From contig CAZXFH010000009.1 of the NCBI GenBank assembly GCA_964640055.1, positions 11,220 through 75,219 on the forward strand: 64,000 nucleotides of DNA, read 5' to 3'. This stretch comes from an uncultured bacterium. Its GTDB lineage: Bacteria > Fidelibacterota > UBA2242 > JAFGTP01. Position numbers and translations under genes: made by a program. The notes under the pieces were generated by a model. It had not been told where the DNA came from. It made no database searches and saw only the letters and a program-made list of their open reading frames with translations. This document shows, in pieces, positions 38,238 to 48,666 of this stretch. Within the stretch, counting starts at the first letter, position 1. Every line of letters begins with the position of its first letter.

Positions 38238-38999
38238 ATGCAGGCGAAATTATATTTTATCTCTGATGTTCACTTGCGTCTCTATGATTCTGAGTCAGAG
38301 CAAGCCAAGCGACAGCACCTCCTGGCCTTTTTACAAACAGTAGAACAACAGTCGGCTGATCTCTATATCGTCGGTGATCTTTTTGATTTTTGGTTCGAAT
38401 ATAAATATGTGATCCCGCGCCATTATTTTAAAATTATCCGCGCTCTGCAAAGAACTGCCGAGCAGGGTTGTCACATTCATCTGGTGGTCGGCAACCATGA
38501 TTATTGGGTCGGTGATTTTTTTGAAAATGAAATCGGGGTGCAGATTCATCGTAAGGCCCTGGATCTGCAAATTGGTCGGCAAAAATGGTTAATTACCCAT
38601 GGAGATGGTATTCTTAAGCGCGATACTGGCTATCGCCTGTTAAAAAAGGTCCTGCGTCACTCCCTGGCTGTTTTTCTTTTCCGATTGTTACATCCTGATC
38701 TGGCCTTTGCCATTGCTGCCAAAATATCCCAGCGCAGCCGACACGCAACCCTGCGGCAACCCCCTTTCATAGAGGCCGAGCGTAAGGAAATCATTCAATT
38801 CGGACGGGAAAAATTTAGCCAGGGGTATGACTGTGTGATCACGGGTCATTTTCATCTGCCAACGGATTATCGGGAAGGAAGGCATATATTTTTAAATTTA
38901 GGGGACTGGATGCGCTATTATACTTTTGCCTATTATAATGGCAGGGCCCTGCGGCTGTGTTACTGGGATATCGAGGCGTCCGGGAGGGCGAGAAAGTAA
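38238..38999 (+). CDS. lpxH: UDP-2,3-diacylglucosamine diphosphatase (LpxH), calcineurin-like phosphoesterase
   Basis: Blocks align with E. coli LpxH: 'YFISDVHL', 'DLYIVGDLFDFWFEYK', 'HLVVGNHDYWVG', 'WLITHGDGILKRDTGYRLLK', 'VITGHFHLP'. Confidence 0.65.
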   Translation: MQAKLYFISDVHLRLYDSESEQAKRQHLLAFLQTVEQQSADLYIVGDLFDFWFEYKYVIPRHYFKIIRALQRTAEQGCHIHLVVGNHDYWVGDFFENEIGVQIHRKALDLQIGRQKWLITHGDGILKRDTGYRLLKKVLRHSLAVFLFRLLHPDLAFAIAAKISQRSRHATLRQPPFIEAERKEIIQFGREKFSQGYDCVITGHFHLPTDYREGRHIFLNLGDWMRYYTFAYYNGRALRLCYWDIEASGRARK

Positions 39000-39067
39000 T
39001 AAATTTTGCTTGACTTAAAATGTTAAATATTATAAAGTCAATTTGATAAACTAAATGCTGGTGTAAT

Positions 39068-40174
39068 ATGCATATTAAACAATTTCGATCTTTTATTTTT
39101 CTCAGTGTACTTTTGTTCTGGATGGGATGTGGTGGATACAGCGCTACAGAACAAGTGACGACCGAAGAAGTTGAAAAATTGCGCGTTGATTATGAAAAAG
39201 GTGAGATCAAAACGGTCAAGGAAATCATTGCGGTGTTTACCGATGAACAGCAGCCTATGGACTCCCGAATGGCGGCTTTAAAAGCGCTGGGAGAAACCGA
39301 GCACCCGGATGCCAAGGCCGCCCTGCGCAGTTACATGCAAAAAGCCCAAGATGTCAATTATGGATTGTTAATGGCCACGGCTAATCAGTTGATTGACAAG
39401 CAAACCACAACGGATATCAGTGCGGTAGTGGAGGGTATTGGCAGTGCCCAGCAGAAATATACCCAATTTCGGACCAACTTAATGCGGAACATTAAGCAAA
39501 CGGACATTGCGCCCCAGATCGAATCTCTTTTGAGAATATATCAGATAGAGAAGGAGAACTACACCCAGATGCAGGAATCCCTGACACGGGTATTGGGCGG
39601 GGTGGCTGATGAGCGTGTAATTCCTATTTTGATTAACATTGCCAAAGATAAAACCTTGAAACCCTCAGTTCGCTCCCTGGCTTTAGAGGTATTAGGGCGC
39701 AAACAACATCCCATGATCACGCAAACCTTTATTGAAATGCTCCAGGACCCGGACGATCAATTACGCTTGCGGGACTTTGCTTTGGAGGCCATGGGCGATA
39801 TTAAGGAATCGCGGGTGATTCTGGCCCTTCTGGAAGCCTATAACCAGAACAAACAGGACTATTTTTATTTGCTGAAGACCTTGACCCGCGCGCTAGGAGA
39901 CTTTTCCGATCCGGAAGTGGGCCCGGCACTGGTGGAAATCGCTAAGGATCCACAAATTCCGCAAACCACCCGCCGGGATGCCATTCAAGCCTTGATTAAA
40001 TATCAGGATCCGGAGATCTTTTTACAATTGCTGCCGCTGATGGAAAATCCTGATAATTATGTCTTATATGATGAAATGAAAGCCATGGCAGAGGCAATTG
40101 GCGCTAGGAATCTGTTGCAAGGCCTGCGCGCCAAGGCGCTTCAAGCCCAAAAAAGTGTAACGGGGACCCCATGA
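39068..40174 (+). CDS. HEAT/PBS-lyase-repeat lipoprotein
   Basis: Lipobox 'LLFWMGCGG'. Repeated 'RxxAxxALGxxxxxxAxxxL' HEAT-like units. Confidence 0.5.
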   Translation: MHIKQFRSFIFLSVLLFWMGCGGYSATEQVTTEEVEKLRVDYEKGEIKTVKEIIAVFTDEQQPMDSRMAALKALGETEHPDAKAALRSYMQKAQDVNYGLLMATANQLIDKQTTTDISAVVEGIGSAQQKYTQFRTNLMRNIKQTDIAPQIESLLRIYQIEKENYTQMQESLTRVLGGVADERVIPILINIAKDKTLKPSVRSLALEVLGRKQHPMITQTFIEMLQDPDDQLRLRDFALEAMGDIKESRVILALLEAYNQNKQDYFYLLKTLTRALGDFSDPEVGPALVEIAKDPQIPQTTRRDAIQALIKYQDPEIFLQLLPLMENPDNYVLYDEMKAMAEAIGARNLLQGLRAKALQAQKSVTGTP

Positions 40175-40884
40175 GAAAAACAATAGAGTGTACCTTTATC
40201 TTGATCCTTTTAATCGGCCTCGGCTTAGAGACGGGTGTGGCACAATCGACCGATGCCCAGCAGGTAACCGGAAGATTTTTTGAATTGGAGCAAAGTATCG
40301 ACGAACTCCGGCAGGAATTGAAAAACCTGCGGCAGGAAGTACATGAAATAGAGATCCGGGCCTCCTTACCGGAAATTCGTAAAGAGATCAATAAACTCAT
40401 TGAAGTGCCGGAAATGACCCATGAAATCGTGCTCACTAATGGCACGATTGTCCGGGGTAAAATAATCCATGAAGATATTGACAAGCTGATTATTCAGACT
40501 CAGATAGGTCAGTTGACCATCTATAAAAAAGAGATAAAGCTCACCCGGGAAGCCCAAAAACCCAAAGCCAAATGTGTTTTTGCCGGCGCCATCAGAGAAG
40601 AAATCTATGAAGATAAAAGGGTTTACAAGGGAAAAATAAAAAATGAGGGCCTGCGGCGGGCTGATTTTCCGCGTGTCATTTTTGAACTCTATGATGAGAA
40701 CACCCAGATCGTTAATCAAGACTCCAGCTTTATCCAGGGGGCTTTTCATATTTTCCCCAGCGGGGTCCAGACCGATGCGACCATTGCCCCGGGCGAAAGC
40801 TATGCTTTTCAATGTCCGGTTATGGTACCGGATACAGCCCGGGTCAGTTATTATATTAAAAAAATAAAATGGGAAGAATTGTAA
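40171..40884 (+). CDS. Secreted protein with an N-terminal coiled coil, unknown function
   Basis: Signal peptide and heptad-like 'IDELRQELKNLRQEVHEIEI'. Start overlaps the HEAT gene stop by 4 nt. Confidence 0.4.
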   Translation: MRKTIECTFILILLIGLGLETGVAQSTDAQQVTGRFFELEQSIDELRQELKNLRQEVHEIEIRASLPEIRKEINKLIEVPEMTHEIVLTNGTIVRGKIIHEDIDKLIIQTQIGQLTIYKKEIKLTREAQKPKAKCVFAGAIREEIYEDKRVYKGKIKNEGLRRADFPRVIFELYDENTQIVNQDSSFIQGAFHIFPSGVQTDATIAPGESYAFQCPVMVPDTARVSYYIKKIKWEEL

Positions 40885-41072
40885 AGTCCCCATGAAGCTT
40901 ATGACATGGCTGGCCTTTTTCTGAAATTAGTTATCCCGCAGTTCTTTTAAGCAATAAATACGTATTCAATATAAACCCTTTAAATCACCGGTTCCTCAAT
41001 AAATTTATCATGGAAAATCATCAGATTTTTCGTATGTTTTCAGCCCGGTAGATTGCTGATAATTTAGAGGAA

Positions 41073-42197
41073 TTGAAACCCGATATGCAAACACAAGCAA
41101 ATGACCGCATCAGTCGTATTTTAAAAGTATTGGCCTTGTTGGTTCTGATCTATCTGTTCATGCTAAGCATCACTCTGCTCGGAGACAGCGTCAAAACCAT
41201 GGGCAAAGGTGTGGCCGCTGAAATCATGCGGACGGTTTCCAACCCGATTCTCGGACTGGTTGTGGGTGTTTTTTCTACCAGCCTGGTCCAGAGCTCATCC
41301 CTGACCACTTCACTGGTAGTAGGCCTGGTAGCCGGGGGTATTTTTGGTGCCGATCCTATGCAGGCCACCCGCATCGCAATTCCCGTCATTATGGGGGCCA
41401 ATATCGGCACCAGTGTAACCAATATCATCGTCTCCTTTGGGCATATCAGTCGGGATATAGAATTCGAACGGGCATTTGCCGCTAGCATTGTGCATGATTT
41501 TTTTAATGTACTGGTGGTCTGCATCCTTTTTCCCTTGCAATATTTTTTCAATATAATTGGTGCCGCTGCCATGTTTATCTCAGATTTATTTGTGAATATC
41601 GGCGGGTTGGAAATCATTGATCCTCTGGGCACTATTCTGGATCCGGTCTCCAAGACAATAATCCGGTTGTTTCCTTCCCTTCCCTGGCTGGGGATCATTA
41701 TCGCCCTTATCTTATTGTTTATTTCATTAAAATATATTATTGCCACCATGAAATCTTTGGTCCTGCGGAAAATAGAGGTGTTCTTAAATCAATATCTTTT
41801 CCGCAACACTGGCCTGGCGCTTTTACTGGGACTCATTTTTACCGCCATTGTGCAGAGCAGCTCCATTACTACCTCCCTGGTGATCCCCTTGGCAGCTGCC
41901 GGTGTTCTGAGCATTTATAAATTATTTCCTTATACTCTGGGGGCTAATGTGGGTACCACCGTAACCACACTGCTGGCTTCTATGGCAGCGAAAAATCCGA
42001 TAGGTATCACAATCGCGATTAGTCACCTCCTCTTCAATATGATTGGTATCGCTATTTTTCTGCCTTTACGGGAGATACCGATCGGTATGGCGAAAACGTT
42101 TGCCCGTTGGACACGGCACTGGCGCTTTTTTCCTTTGCTGTATGTCGTAATAATGTTTTTTTTAGTTCCCATTATATTAATTTTGCTAATGAGGTAA
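41073..42197 (+). CDS. Na+/phosphate cotransporter family protein (NptA-like)
   Basis: Duplicated 'QSSSLTTSLVVGLV' and 'QSSSITTSLVIPLA' Na/Pi-cotransporter motifs. Confidence 0.75.
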   Translation: MKPDMQTQANDRISRILKVLALLVLIYLFMLSITLLGDSVKTMGKGVAAEIMRTVSNPILGLVVGVFSTSLVQSSSLTTSLVVGLVAGGIFGADPMQATRIAIPVIMGANIGTSVTNIIVSFGHISRDIEFERAFAASIVHDFFNVLVVCILFPLQYFFNIIGAAAMFISDLFVNIGGLEIIDPLGTILDPVSKTIIRLFPSLPWLGIIIALILLFISLKYIIATMKSLVLRKIEVFLNQYLFRNTGLALLLGLIFTAIVQSSSITTSLVIPLAAAGVLSIYKLFPYTLGANVGTTVTTLLASMAAKNPIGITIAISHLLFNMIGIAIFLPLREIPIGMAKTFARWTRHWRFFPLLYVVIMFFLVPIILILLMR

Positions 42198-42200
42198 GCT

Positions 42201-42872
42201 ATGATAAAAAGATTTATTAACATGTGGAAACAAAAGGACCTTTCCAGTCAGATTCTGGAAGATGCGGAGAACACGCTCAAATTAGACCGGAAAATGTTTA
42301 TGCAGTCCATGTGGTCCCTGCGCCGTGACGATCATAATGAATTGGCCACTGATATTTATACCCAGGACAAGCAAATCAACAAGGCCGAACGGCGCATTCG
42401 CCGGAATTTGTTAACCCATCTTTCTGTAGCCAGTAAGGCGGAAATCAGTGCCGGCCTTACCTTGGCCAGTATTGTGATCGATATTGAACGGATCGGCGAC
42501 TATACCAAGAATATTACCGACCTGGCCAAACAGCATCCGAAAAAATTAGACGGACATATTTTTGAAAAGCAGTTGCTTGAGATTGAAAAAACAATCGAAC
42601 AATTTTTTGACCAAACAATCGACGCTTTTCAAAAATCCGACAGGCAGATCGCGCGCAAGGTTACCGACAGGTACAAAGCAGTTTCTGCCAGCTGCAGTAT
42701 CATTAAAGATGCTCTGATCCGGGGAGAAGGCAGTTTTCAGGTCAGCGATGCCGTGACCCTGGCGCTCTATCTCCGTTTCCTGAAACGAGTGGGAGCCCAT
42801 CTCTATAATGTATGTACCAGCATTATCAATCCCTTTGACCGTATCGGATACCGGGAAAAAGAAGACAGATAA
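42201..42872 (+). CDS. PhoU-domain protein (accessory to the Na/Pi transporter)
   Basis: Two PhoU-like helical repeats containing 'ERIGDYTKNI'. Sits 4 nt after the Na/Pi gene. Confidence 0.6.
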   Translation: MIKRFINMWKQKDLSSQILEDAENTLKLDRKMFMQSMWSLRRDDHNELATDIYTQDKQINKAERRIRRNLLTHLSVASKAEISAGLTLASIVIDIERIGDYTKNITDLAKQHPKKLDGHIFEKQLLEIEKTIEQFFDQTIDAFQKSDRQIARKVTDRYKAVSASCSIIKDALIRGEGSFQVSDAVTLALYLRFLKRVGAHLYNVCTSIINPFDRIGYREKEDR

Positions 42873-42897
42873 TAAAATATACAAGCGAAGAGGTTTT

Positions 42898-44331
42898 ATG
42901 GTGGCAAAAGGTGTAACTAAAAAAAGTAAAGACTTTGCAAAATGGTATAATGATATTGTCAAAAAAGCCGAACTGGCTGACTATGGCCCGGTAAAAGGCA
43001 CTATGATCATTCGACCCTATGGTTATGCCCTGTGGGAAAATATTAAAGCCCATGCCGACCGTATGTTCAAGGAGAGCGGTCATGTCAATGCCTATTTTCC
43101 CATGTTCATTCCGGAAAGCTATATGCGTAAGGAGGCCGCACATGTAGAGGGCTTTGCTCCCGAATGTGCAGTGGTAACTCACGGTGGGGGTAAAAAACTG
43201 GACGAGCCCCTCTATATTCGGCCCACCTCAGAGACCATTATCTGGGCGGCCTATAAAAAATGGATAAATTCCTACCGGGATTTGCCGCTCTTGATCAATC
43301 AGTGGGCCAATGTTGTGCGCTGGGAAATGCGCACGCGCCTGTTTCTCCGAACCACGGAATTCCTCTGGCAGGAAGGCCATACCGCCCACGCCACCTTTGC
43401 CGAGGCTGAAAAAGAAGCCCGCCAGATGATCGAAATATACCGGCAACTGTCCGAAGATTATATGTCGATTCCGGTTTATATGGGCCTGAAAACCGAGGCG
43501 GAAAAATTCGCCGGCGCCGTTCACACCTATACTATTGAAGCCATGATGAGTGACAAAAAAGCGCTCCAATCGGGCACTTCCCATAATCTGGGTCAGAATT
43601 TTGCCAAAGCCTTTGATGTGACCTTTTTAAACCAGGATAACCAGCAGGAATATGTCTATGCCACCAGCTGGGGGGTCAGCACCCGTCTGATCGGGGGGGT
43701 CATTATGACCCACGGAGATGATCAGGGATTGATCCTGCCCCCCAAAATTGCCCCTTATCAGGTTGTGATTATTCCGATCTGGAAAAATGAGGAGCAGCAA
43801 GAGGCGATCCGCCAAAAAATTGAATCCCTGAAGACTAAATTAGAAGCGGCGCATATCCGCTATCACGTCGATGACAGTGCACAAACCTCACCCGGCTGGA
43901 AATTTAATCAGTGGGAGATGAAAGGCGTGCCGTTGCGCATGGAAATGGGCCCTAAAGATCTGGACAACAACCAGATAGTGCTGGTGCGCCGCGATGAGAG
44001 AGGCAAAGAGTTTATACCCCTTGAGAATATTGTTGCGACAACACAACGCCTGCTGGAAAAGATACAGAACAGTTTATATGACCGCGCCCGGGCCTTCCGC
44101 GATAAAAACACTATACCAGTGGACAATTATAAAGATTTCAAACAGGTTATTGAATCCGGCGGATTTGCCAAGGCCTACTGGGCCGGAGACGGAAGTGATG
44201 AAGTCCAGATCCAAGCGGAAACGAAAGCCACGGTACGCTGTCTGCCCTTTGAACAACCGGAAGAACCGGGAGAATGTTTTTATACCCGGAAAAAGGCCCG
44301 GCAAATGGCTATTTTTGGAAAAGCCTATTAA
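42898..44331 (+). CDS. proS: Prolyl-tRNA synthetase, archaeal/eukaryotic type
   Basis: N-terminus 'FAKWYNDIVKKAELADYGPVKGTMIIRPYGYALWE'. Class II motifs. No bacterial INS editing domain. C-terminal Cys-containing extension ending in Tyr. Start taken at Met 42898, since the ORF track's 42808 start is probably too long. Confidence 0.85.
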   Translation: MVAKGVTKKSKDFAKWYNDIVKKAELADYGPVKGTMIIRPYGYALWENIKAHADRMFKESGHVNAYFPMFIPESYMRKEAAHVEGFAPECAVVTHGGGKKLDEPLYIRPTSETIIWAAYKKWINSYRDLPLLINQWANVVRWEMRTRLFLRTTEFLWQEGHTAHATFAEAEKEARQMIEIYRQLSEDYMSIPVYMGLKTEAEKFAGAVHTYTIEAMMSDKKALQSGTSHNLGQNFAKAFDVTFLNQDNQQEYVYATSWGVSTRLIGGVIMTHGDDQGLILPPKIAPYQVVIIPIWKNEEQQEAIRQKIESLKTKLEAAHIRYHVDDSAQTSPGWKFNQWEMKGVPLRMEMGPKDLDNNQIVLVRRDERGKEFIPLENIVATTQRLLEKIQNSLYDRARAFRDKNTIPVDNYKDFKQVIESGGFAKAYWAGDGSDEVQIQAETKATVRCLPFEQPEEPGECFYTRKKARQMAIFGKAY

Positions 44332-44435
44332 GGAATGGAAAAACCGGTCCTGCTGAACTAAAAAAGGGATTGTCAAATTTTATCTGGAACATTATTCAGC
44401 CGCAATAAGGAACCATCCCTCTTTAAAGCAATAAA

Positions 44436-45182
44436 ATGGCAATTATCAAAACCGAGGCCCTGGTCTTAAAATCCCTTTCCTACGGGGAAACCAGTCAAAT
44501 TGTACGCCTCTATACCCAAGATGAAGGCAAAGTGTCGCTGATGGCCAAAGGGGCCCGGCGCCTGAAAAGTCCTTTCCGGGGCTATTTGGATCCGCTCAAT
44601 CATCTCGAGGTCATCTACTATGACAAACCCACCCGGGAAATACAGACCCTGACGCGGGTGACTTTTATCCGTGCGTTTCTGCGGGAAAGCCGCGATTATA
44701 CCCACCCCATGTATGGCCTGGCAATTTTAGAGGCTATTGATAAGTTCACTCATGACGTGGAAGATAATCAACAGGTCTTTAATTTGGCCCAGCGGGTGCT
44801 GGCCAGAATTGATGAAAAACCGGACAAAGCTGCTAATGGCCTGGCCTATTTTTTATTACGCCTGACTGTCATTATGGGATACCATCTCAATCTGGAGCGC
44901 TGTGCCCGCTGCCAATATCCCCTGTCAGAGGCCTATTACAATACCAGTGACGATCAACTGGTCTGTGCCGGTTGTCATAAAGCCGGTGATCTGTACCTGA
45001 GCCCTGCGCAGCAGCAGTATTTGAAATATTTGTATGCTCCCCAAAATAAAATGCCAGGTGCCGAATCCATCACAGTTACGCCCATCATTAATTTGCTGCT
45101 GGCCTATCTGGGGTATCATACGGATCTGGCGCCGCGGCTGAAAACCCTGGACACCCTAAGCAATATGACTCATTTTCAATAA
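44436..45182 (+). CDS. recO: DNA repair protein RecO
   Basis: N-terminal OB-fold region 'TEALVLKSLSYGETSQIVRLYTQDEGKVSLMAKGARR'. C-terminal zinc motif 'CARCQ…CAGCH'. Confidence 0.8.
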   Translation: MAIIKTEALVLKSLSYGETSQIVRLYTQDEGKVSLMAKGARRLKSPFRGYLDPLNHLEVIYYDKPTREIQTLTRVTFIRAFLRESRDYTHPMYGLAILEAIDKFTHDVEDNQQVFNLAQRVLARIDEKPDKAANGLAYFLLRLTVIMGYHLNLERCARCQYPLSEAYYNTSDDQLVCAGCHKAGDLYLSPAQQQYLKYLYAPQNKMPGAESITVTPIINLLLAYLGYHTDLAPRLKTLDTLSNMTHFQ

Positions 45183-45361
45183 GGGTATTACTACCATGCA
45201 TTATCTTTAATTGTATAAAAGCCCGAATATGCGTAATTTTAGCCTGCAACAACAGTACAATGTTTGCTTTTACAGAAGTTAAAATTATATGCAACTTATT
45301 ACAGCTACGAGCATCTAAAATAGAGCTAATCATTAAATTTTATTGTGAATGACTTAGGCTT

Positions 45362-46243
45362 ATGAATTACTATCATGGATACTATAACGGCAATCAGGCT
45401 AATCGCCAGTATATCCGTCCGAAAATGTTTTCGGGAGCCATCAAAGCTATCGTGATCGCCAATGTGGCCGTCTTTTTATTTATGGCTTTTTTCCGCTTGG
45501 ATCGTTTCTTTGCCTATTATTTGGGATTGGTACCGAAATGGGTGTGGAGCCGCGGGTTTGTCTGGCAACTGTTTACTTATATGTTTGTGCACGGCGGCTT
45601 TATGCATATTTTCTGGAATATGTTTATTCTCTGGTTGTTCGGCGTACAGATTGAACGGACCTGGGGCGCCAAGGAATTCTGGAAATATTATTTGATAACC
45701 GGAGTGGGTTCCGGTATTCTGACCCTGCTGTTTAGTTTAAATTCCACCATTCCGGTCGTGGGGGCCAGCGGAGCCATTTATGCAGTGCTGGTGGCCTTTG
45801 GGGTCATGTTTCCCAATCGCTACATTTATATCTATTTTTTATTACCCATTAAAGCTAAATATTTTGTCATTATCATGGGGGCGATCACTTTCTTTTCCTC
45901 CCTGTCACCCAGTGGCAGTAATGTAAGCCATTTGACCCATCTGGGCGGCCTGGTGATCGGTTATATCTATCTTAAGCGTAACAAGATATTCGGGAGCTTC
46001 AATTTTAAGCTGCCGACAATCCGCTTCAAGAATCCCTTTAAAAATACGATCCGGCGGGTGGATAAAGACAAGTCCAGCGCTAAGAATGATGACTCCTATC
46101 AGACCGATGAGACTCTTCGGGAGCAGATGAATGTGATCCTGGATAAGATGAACGAATCCGGATACGATAGTTTGACCGAGGAAGAAAGGCGTGTTTTATA
46201 TTTAGCCAGCCGTTATTTTGCCGATAAAGAGCAGCCCCACTAG
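45362..46243 (+). CDS. Rhomboid-family intramembrane serine protease
   Basis: 'VVGASGAIYAVLVAF' is the GxSG catalytic Ser motif. A downstream 'HLTHLGGLVIG' supplies the catalytic His. Six TM helices. Confidence 0.7.
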   Translation: MNYYHGYYNGNQANRQYIRPKMFSGAIKAIVIANVAVFLFMAFFRLDRFFAYYLGLVPKWVWSRGFVWQLFTYMFVHGGFMHIFWNMFILWLFGVQIERTWGAKEFWKYYLITGVGSGILTLLFSLNSTIPVVGASGAIYAVLVAFGVMFPNRYIYIYFLLPIKAKYFVIIMGAITFFSSLSPSGSNVSHLTHLGGLVIGYIYLKRNKIFGSFNFKLPTIRFKNPFKNTIRRVDKDKSSAKNDDSYQTDETLREQMNVILDKMNESGYDSLTEEERRVLYLASRYFADKEQPH

Positions 46244-46281
46244 CCGATACAATATATTGTATTATTTAAATAGAATATCCT

Positions 46282-46992
46282 TTATATACAACTGAAATGG
46301 CCGCTGGTCTCCGGGTTGCGTAAGGCCTTGCAAAGCGGGCTTCGAATCCAGAAAAGATAGCTGCTCCAGCCCACGACCAGGCCTAAAATCAATAGCGGCC
46401 AGGGAAAGGATAACTGTGTGGCAGACACACGGAGCGCCCGATGATTCCATAGCATGGCCAACAAAATTAAGGCTGCGGCTGTCAATTCCAATCCCCAGAA
46501 CAGAGGGGACAGTTTTAACGGAATCCCCCTGTGTTCGATATATAATGCAATCAAGGCGGCTATAACCATGGAAAGCGCGACCAGCAGTGGTGCCAGTACC
46601 GGAGCCAGCCAGGGAACCGGAACAATGAAGAGAATATCCCAGTCCAGTAAAGCGCTAGGCCAGTTTAGGGTGAGTTTTAAAGCCAGATAGTAAAAGATAT
46701 CCCAGCAACCAAAAGTAAACATCAGATAAGCCAAGCGCTGTCTAATATTTTGGCCGACCAACCAGCTGACCATAAAGACCAGGAGCAGCGTGGCCAATTC
46801 TCGCAATATTTCGATTGTCACGGGAAAATCCGGGGGATGCTTAAGGGGAAGGTCGCATTCCTGGGGCGAAAATTTCAGACGCAGATAGGTGACGGTGGCA
46901 GCAACAATAAAGGCCAAAATAAAGGCAAATAACAGCAGGTAGCTTAGTTTTAATTTGCCGTGTGTCATTTTCGAGTGCGGAACATATCCCAC
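46282..46992 (-). CDS. Integral membrane protein, unknown function
   Basis: Six or so predicted TM helices. Overlaps the UbiB-like gene by 28 nt. Confidence 0.35.
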   Translation of the reverse strand: MGYVPHSKMTHGKLKLSYLLLFAFILAFIVAATVTYLRLKFSPQECDLPLKHPPDFPVTIEILRELATLLLVFMVSWLVGQNIRQRLAYLMFTFGCWDIFYYLALKLTLNWPSALLDWDILFIVPVPWLAPVLAPLLVALSMVIAALIALYIEHRGIPLKLSPLFWGLELTAAALILLAMLWNHRALRVSATQLSFPWPLLILGLVVGWSSYLFWIRSPLCKALRNPETSGHFSCI

Positions 46993-48647
46993 AGTAATTT
47001 GAGTCCGAAGATACAGGCTAACAGATAACCGATAAGCCCGATCATGGGATAACCAAACAGAGTAGGTCCGACAGAAAGCTGTATTACCAGTGAGGAACCC
47101 ACAATAAGGGCTGCAATAATCAGAGCGGAGGAGAGTCGGTTGGTGGCCCGATTCAGGGCGGCGATTAGATTTTCCAGCTTGTGGTGCTCAAATTGAATCA
47201 CAAAGCGGTTATTGGCGGCATTGGTTAAGATGGTGCGTACTTTTTTAGGAAAATCTTCGGCCAGGTTGATCATATCTTCCAGAAAGAGCTGCATCTCTCT
47301 CCACCGTCGCCGGGGATCATAGCGCCGCATGGTAATCTTGTGAATAAAAGGTTGCAGTTGACCCATCACATCGAATTCCGGATAGAGCACGCGCGCCAGT
47401 CCGTCTACCGTGATCAGCGCCTTGAGAGTCAAGGAAAGACTGGGGGGGAAGGTTAGGCGATATTTTTGAATAATCGCGAAAAGTTCATTCAAAATCGCTT
47501 TCAAACGCAGTTTCTTAATGGAAACACCATGGAAATAATCGATCAGGCCGTTGATATCGTTTCGAAGGGCTTTATTGTCAGTGTTGGGATTGGTGATATT
47601 GAGTTCATCAAAGGCATGGATAATCCGATCGGCATCCTTTTGAGTTATCCCGATAATAATTTCGCCGAAATGATCGATGGTGTCATCGTCGATTTGGCCC
47701 ACCATACCGAAGTCCAGTAAGGCGATCACGTTATTTTTCAGTACCATGATATTACCCGGATGGGGGTCGGCATGGAAGAAGCCGAACTCAAAAATTTCAC
47801 GGAAACTGAGGGCCGTGCCATTACGGGCCACGGCTTCACGGTCTATACCAGCCTTATCCAGTTTTTCAGTCTGCGAGGCTTTAATCCCTTTCACATGACC
47901 CATGACCAATAACTTGTCCGTGCTAAATTTCTGGAAATATTGAGGCACAAAAAGGCGCTCATCATCGCTAAAATTATTTTTAAAGCGGACAATATTGCGT
48001 CCTTCGCGGATAAAATCCAGTTCCCGGTGGATCGATTGGTCAAATTCTGCGACAATGCGCACCGGATCCTGAGCCAGTTTATCCTGAAAATATTTACGCA
48101 GAATATTGGTCAGGTCCTTAAGGATTTCAACATCCACATCGATCGTTTCTTTGGCCTTGGGACGCTGAACTTTGAGGACCACCTGTGCACCGCTTTTTAG
48201 CTCTGCCCGATGGACTTGGGCGATGGAAGCCGCGGCCAGCGGTTTTTCCGAAATATGCGAAAAGACCTCCTCCGGTGGTGCATTCAATTCTTCTTTGAGC
48301 ACTTTTTTAATCGCCTTATAGGGTAGTGGTGCCACCTGATCATGTAATTTCTGGAGCTCATAGGAAATATCGGGCGGTAGGATATCGGGACGCATACTAA
48401 GTATTTGACCCAATTTAACAAAAGTGGGACCAGCCTCTTCAATGGCCAGTCGTATTCGTTCCGCCCGGCTCAGCTCGGCTCCCTTTTGCCGTACGGCCCG
48501 GGGGAAAAATTTCTCCCCGAAGCGCCGCACCAAACTGCTCCGGGCCGTATCCACGAGATCGGTAAAGCCATATTTCAGGAATATGGATAGAATCTGATTA
48601 TAACGCTTCAGATGGCGCCAGGTGCGTGGAATAGAGGTGATTTTCAT
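46965..48647 (-). CDS. ABC1/UbiB-family atypical protein kinase
   Basis: 'AAASIAQVHRAEL' (VAIK-like Lys region), 'HADPHPGNIMV' catalytic loop, 'DFGMVG' DFG motif. C-terminal TM helices. Confidence 0.75.
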   Translation of the reverse strand: MKITSIPRTWRHLKRYNQILSIFLKYGFTDLVDTARSSLVRRFGEKFFPRAVRQKGAELSRAERIRLAIEEAGPTFVKLGQILSMRPDILPPDISYELQKLHDQVAPLPYKAIKKVLKEELNAPPEEVFSHISEKPLAAASIAQVHRAELKSGAQVVLKVQRPKAKETIDVDVEILKDLTNILRKYFQDKLAQDPVRIVAEFDQSIHRELDFIREGRNIVRFKNNFSDDERLFVPQYFQKFSTDKLLVMGHVKGIKASQTEKLDKAGIDREAVARNGTALSFREIFEFGFFHADPHPGNIMVLKNNVIALLDFGMVGQIDDDTIDHFGEIIIGITQKDADRIIHAFDELNITNPNTDNKALRNDINGLIDYFHGVSIKKLRLKAILNELFAIIQKYRLTFPPSLSLTLKALITVDGLARVLYPEFDVMGQLQPFIHKITMRRYDPRRRWREMQLFLEDMINLAEDFPKKVRTILTNAANNRFVIQFEHHKLENLIAALNRATNRLSSALIIAALIVGSSLVIQLSVGPTLFGYPMIGLIGYLLACIFGLKLLWDMFRTRK

Positions 48648-48666
48648 GGATAAAGATCCGGGTTAA

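Noticed and set aside
42808-42897. ORF-track start of proS at 42808, overlapping the end of the PhoU-domain gene
   Set aside because: The Met at 42898 reproduces the conserved ProRS N-terminus ('MVAKG…KDFAKWY'). The upstream 30 codons have no homology support and would overlap PhoU by 65 nt.
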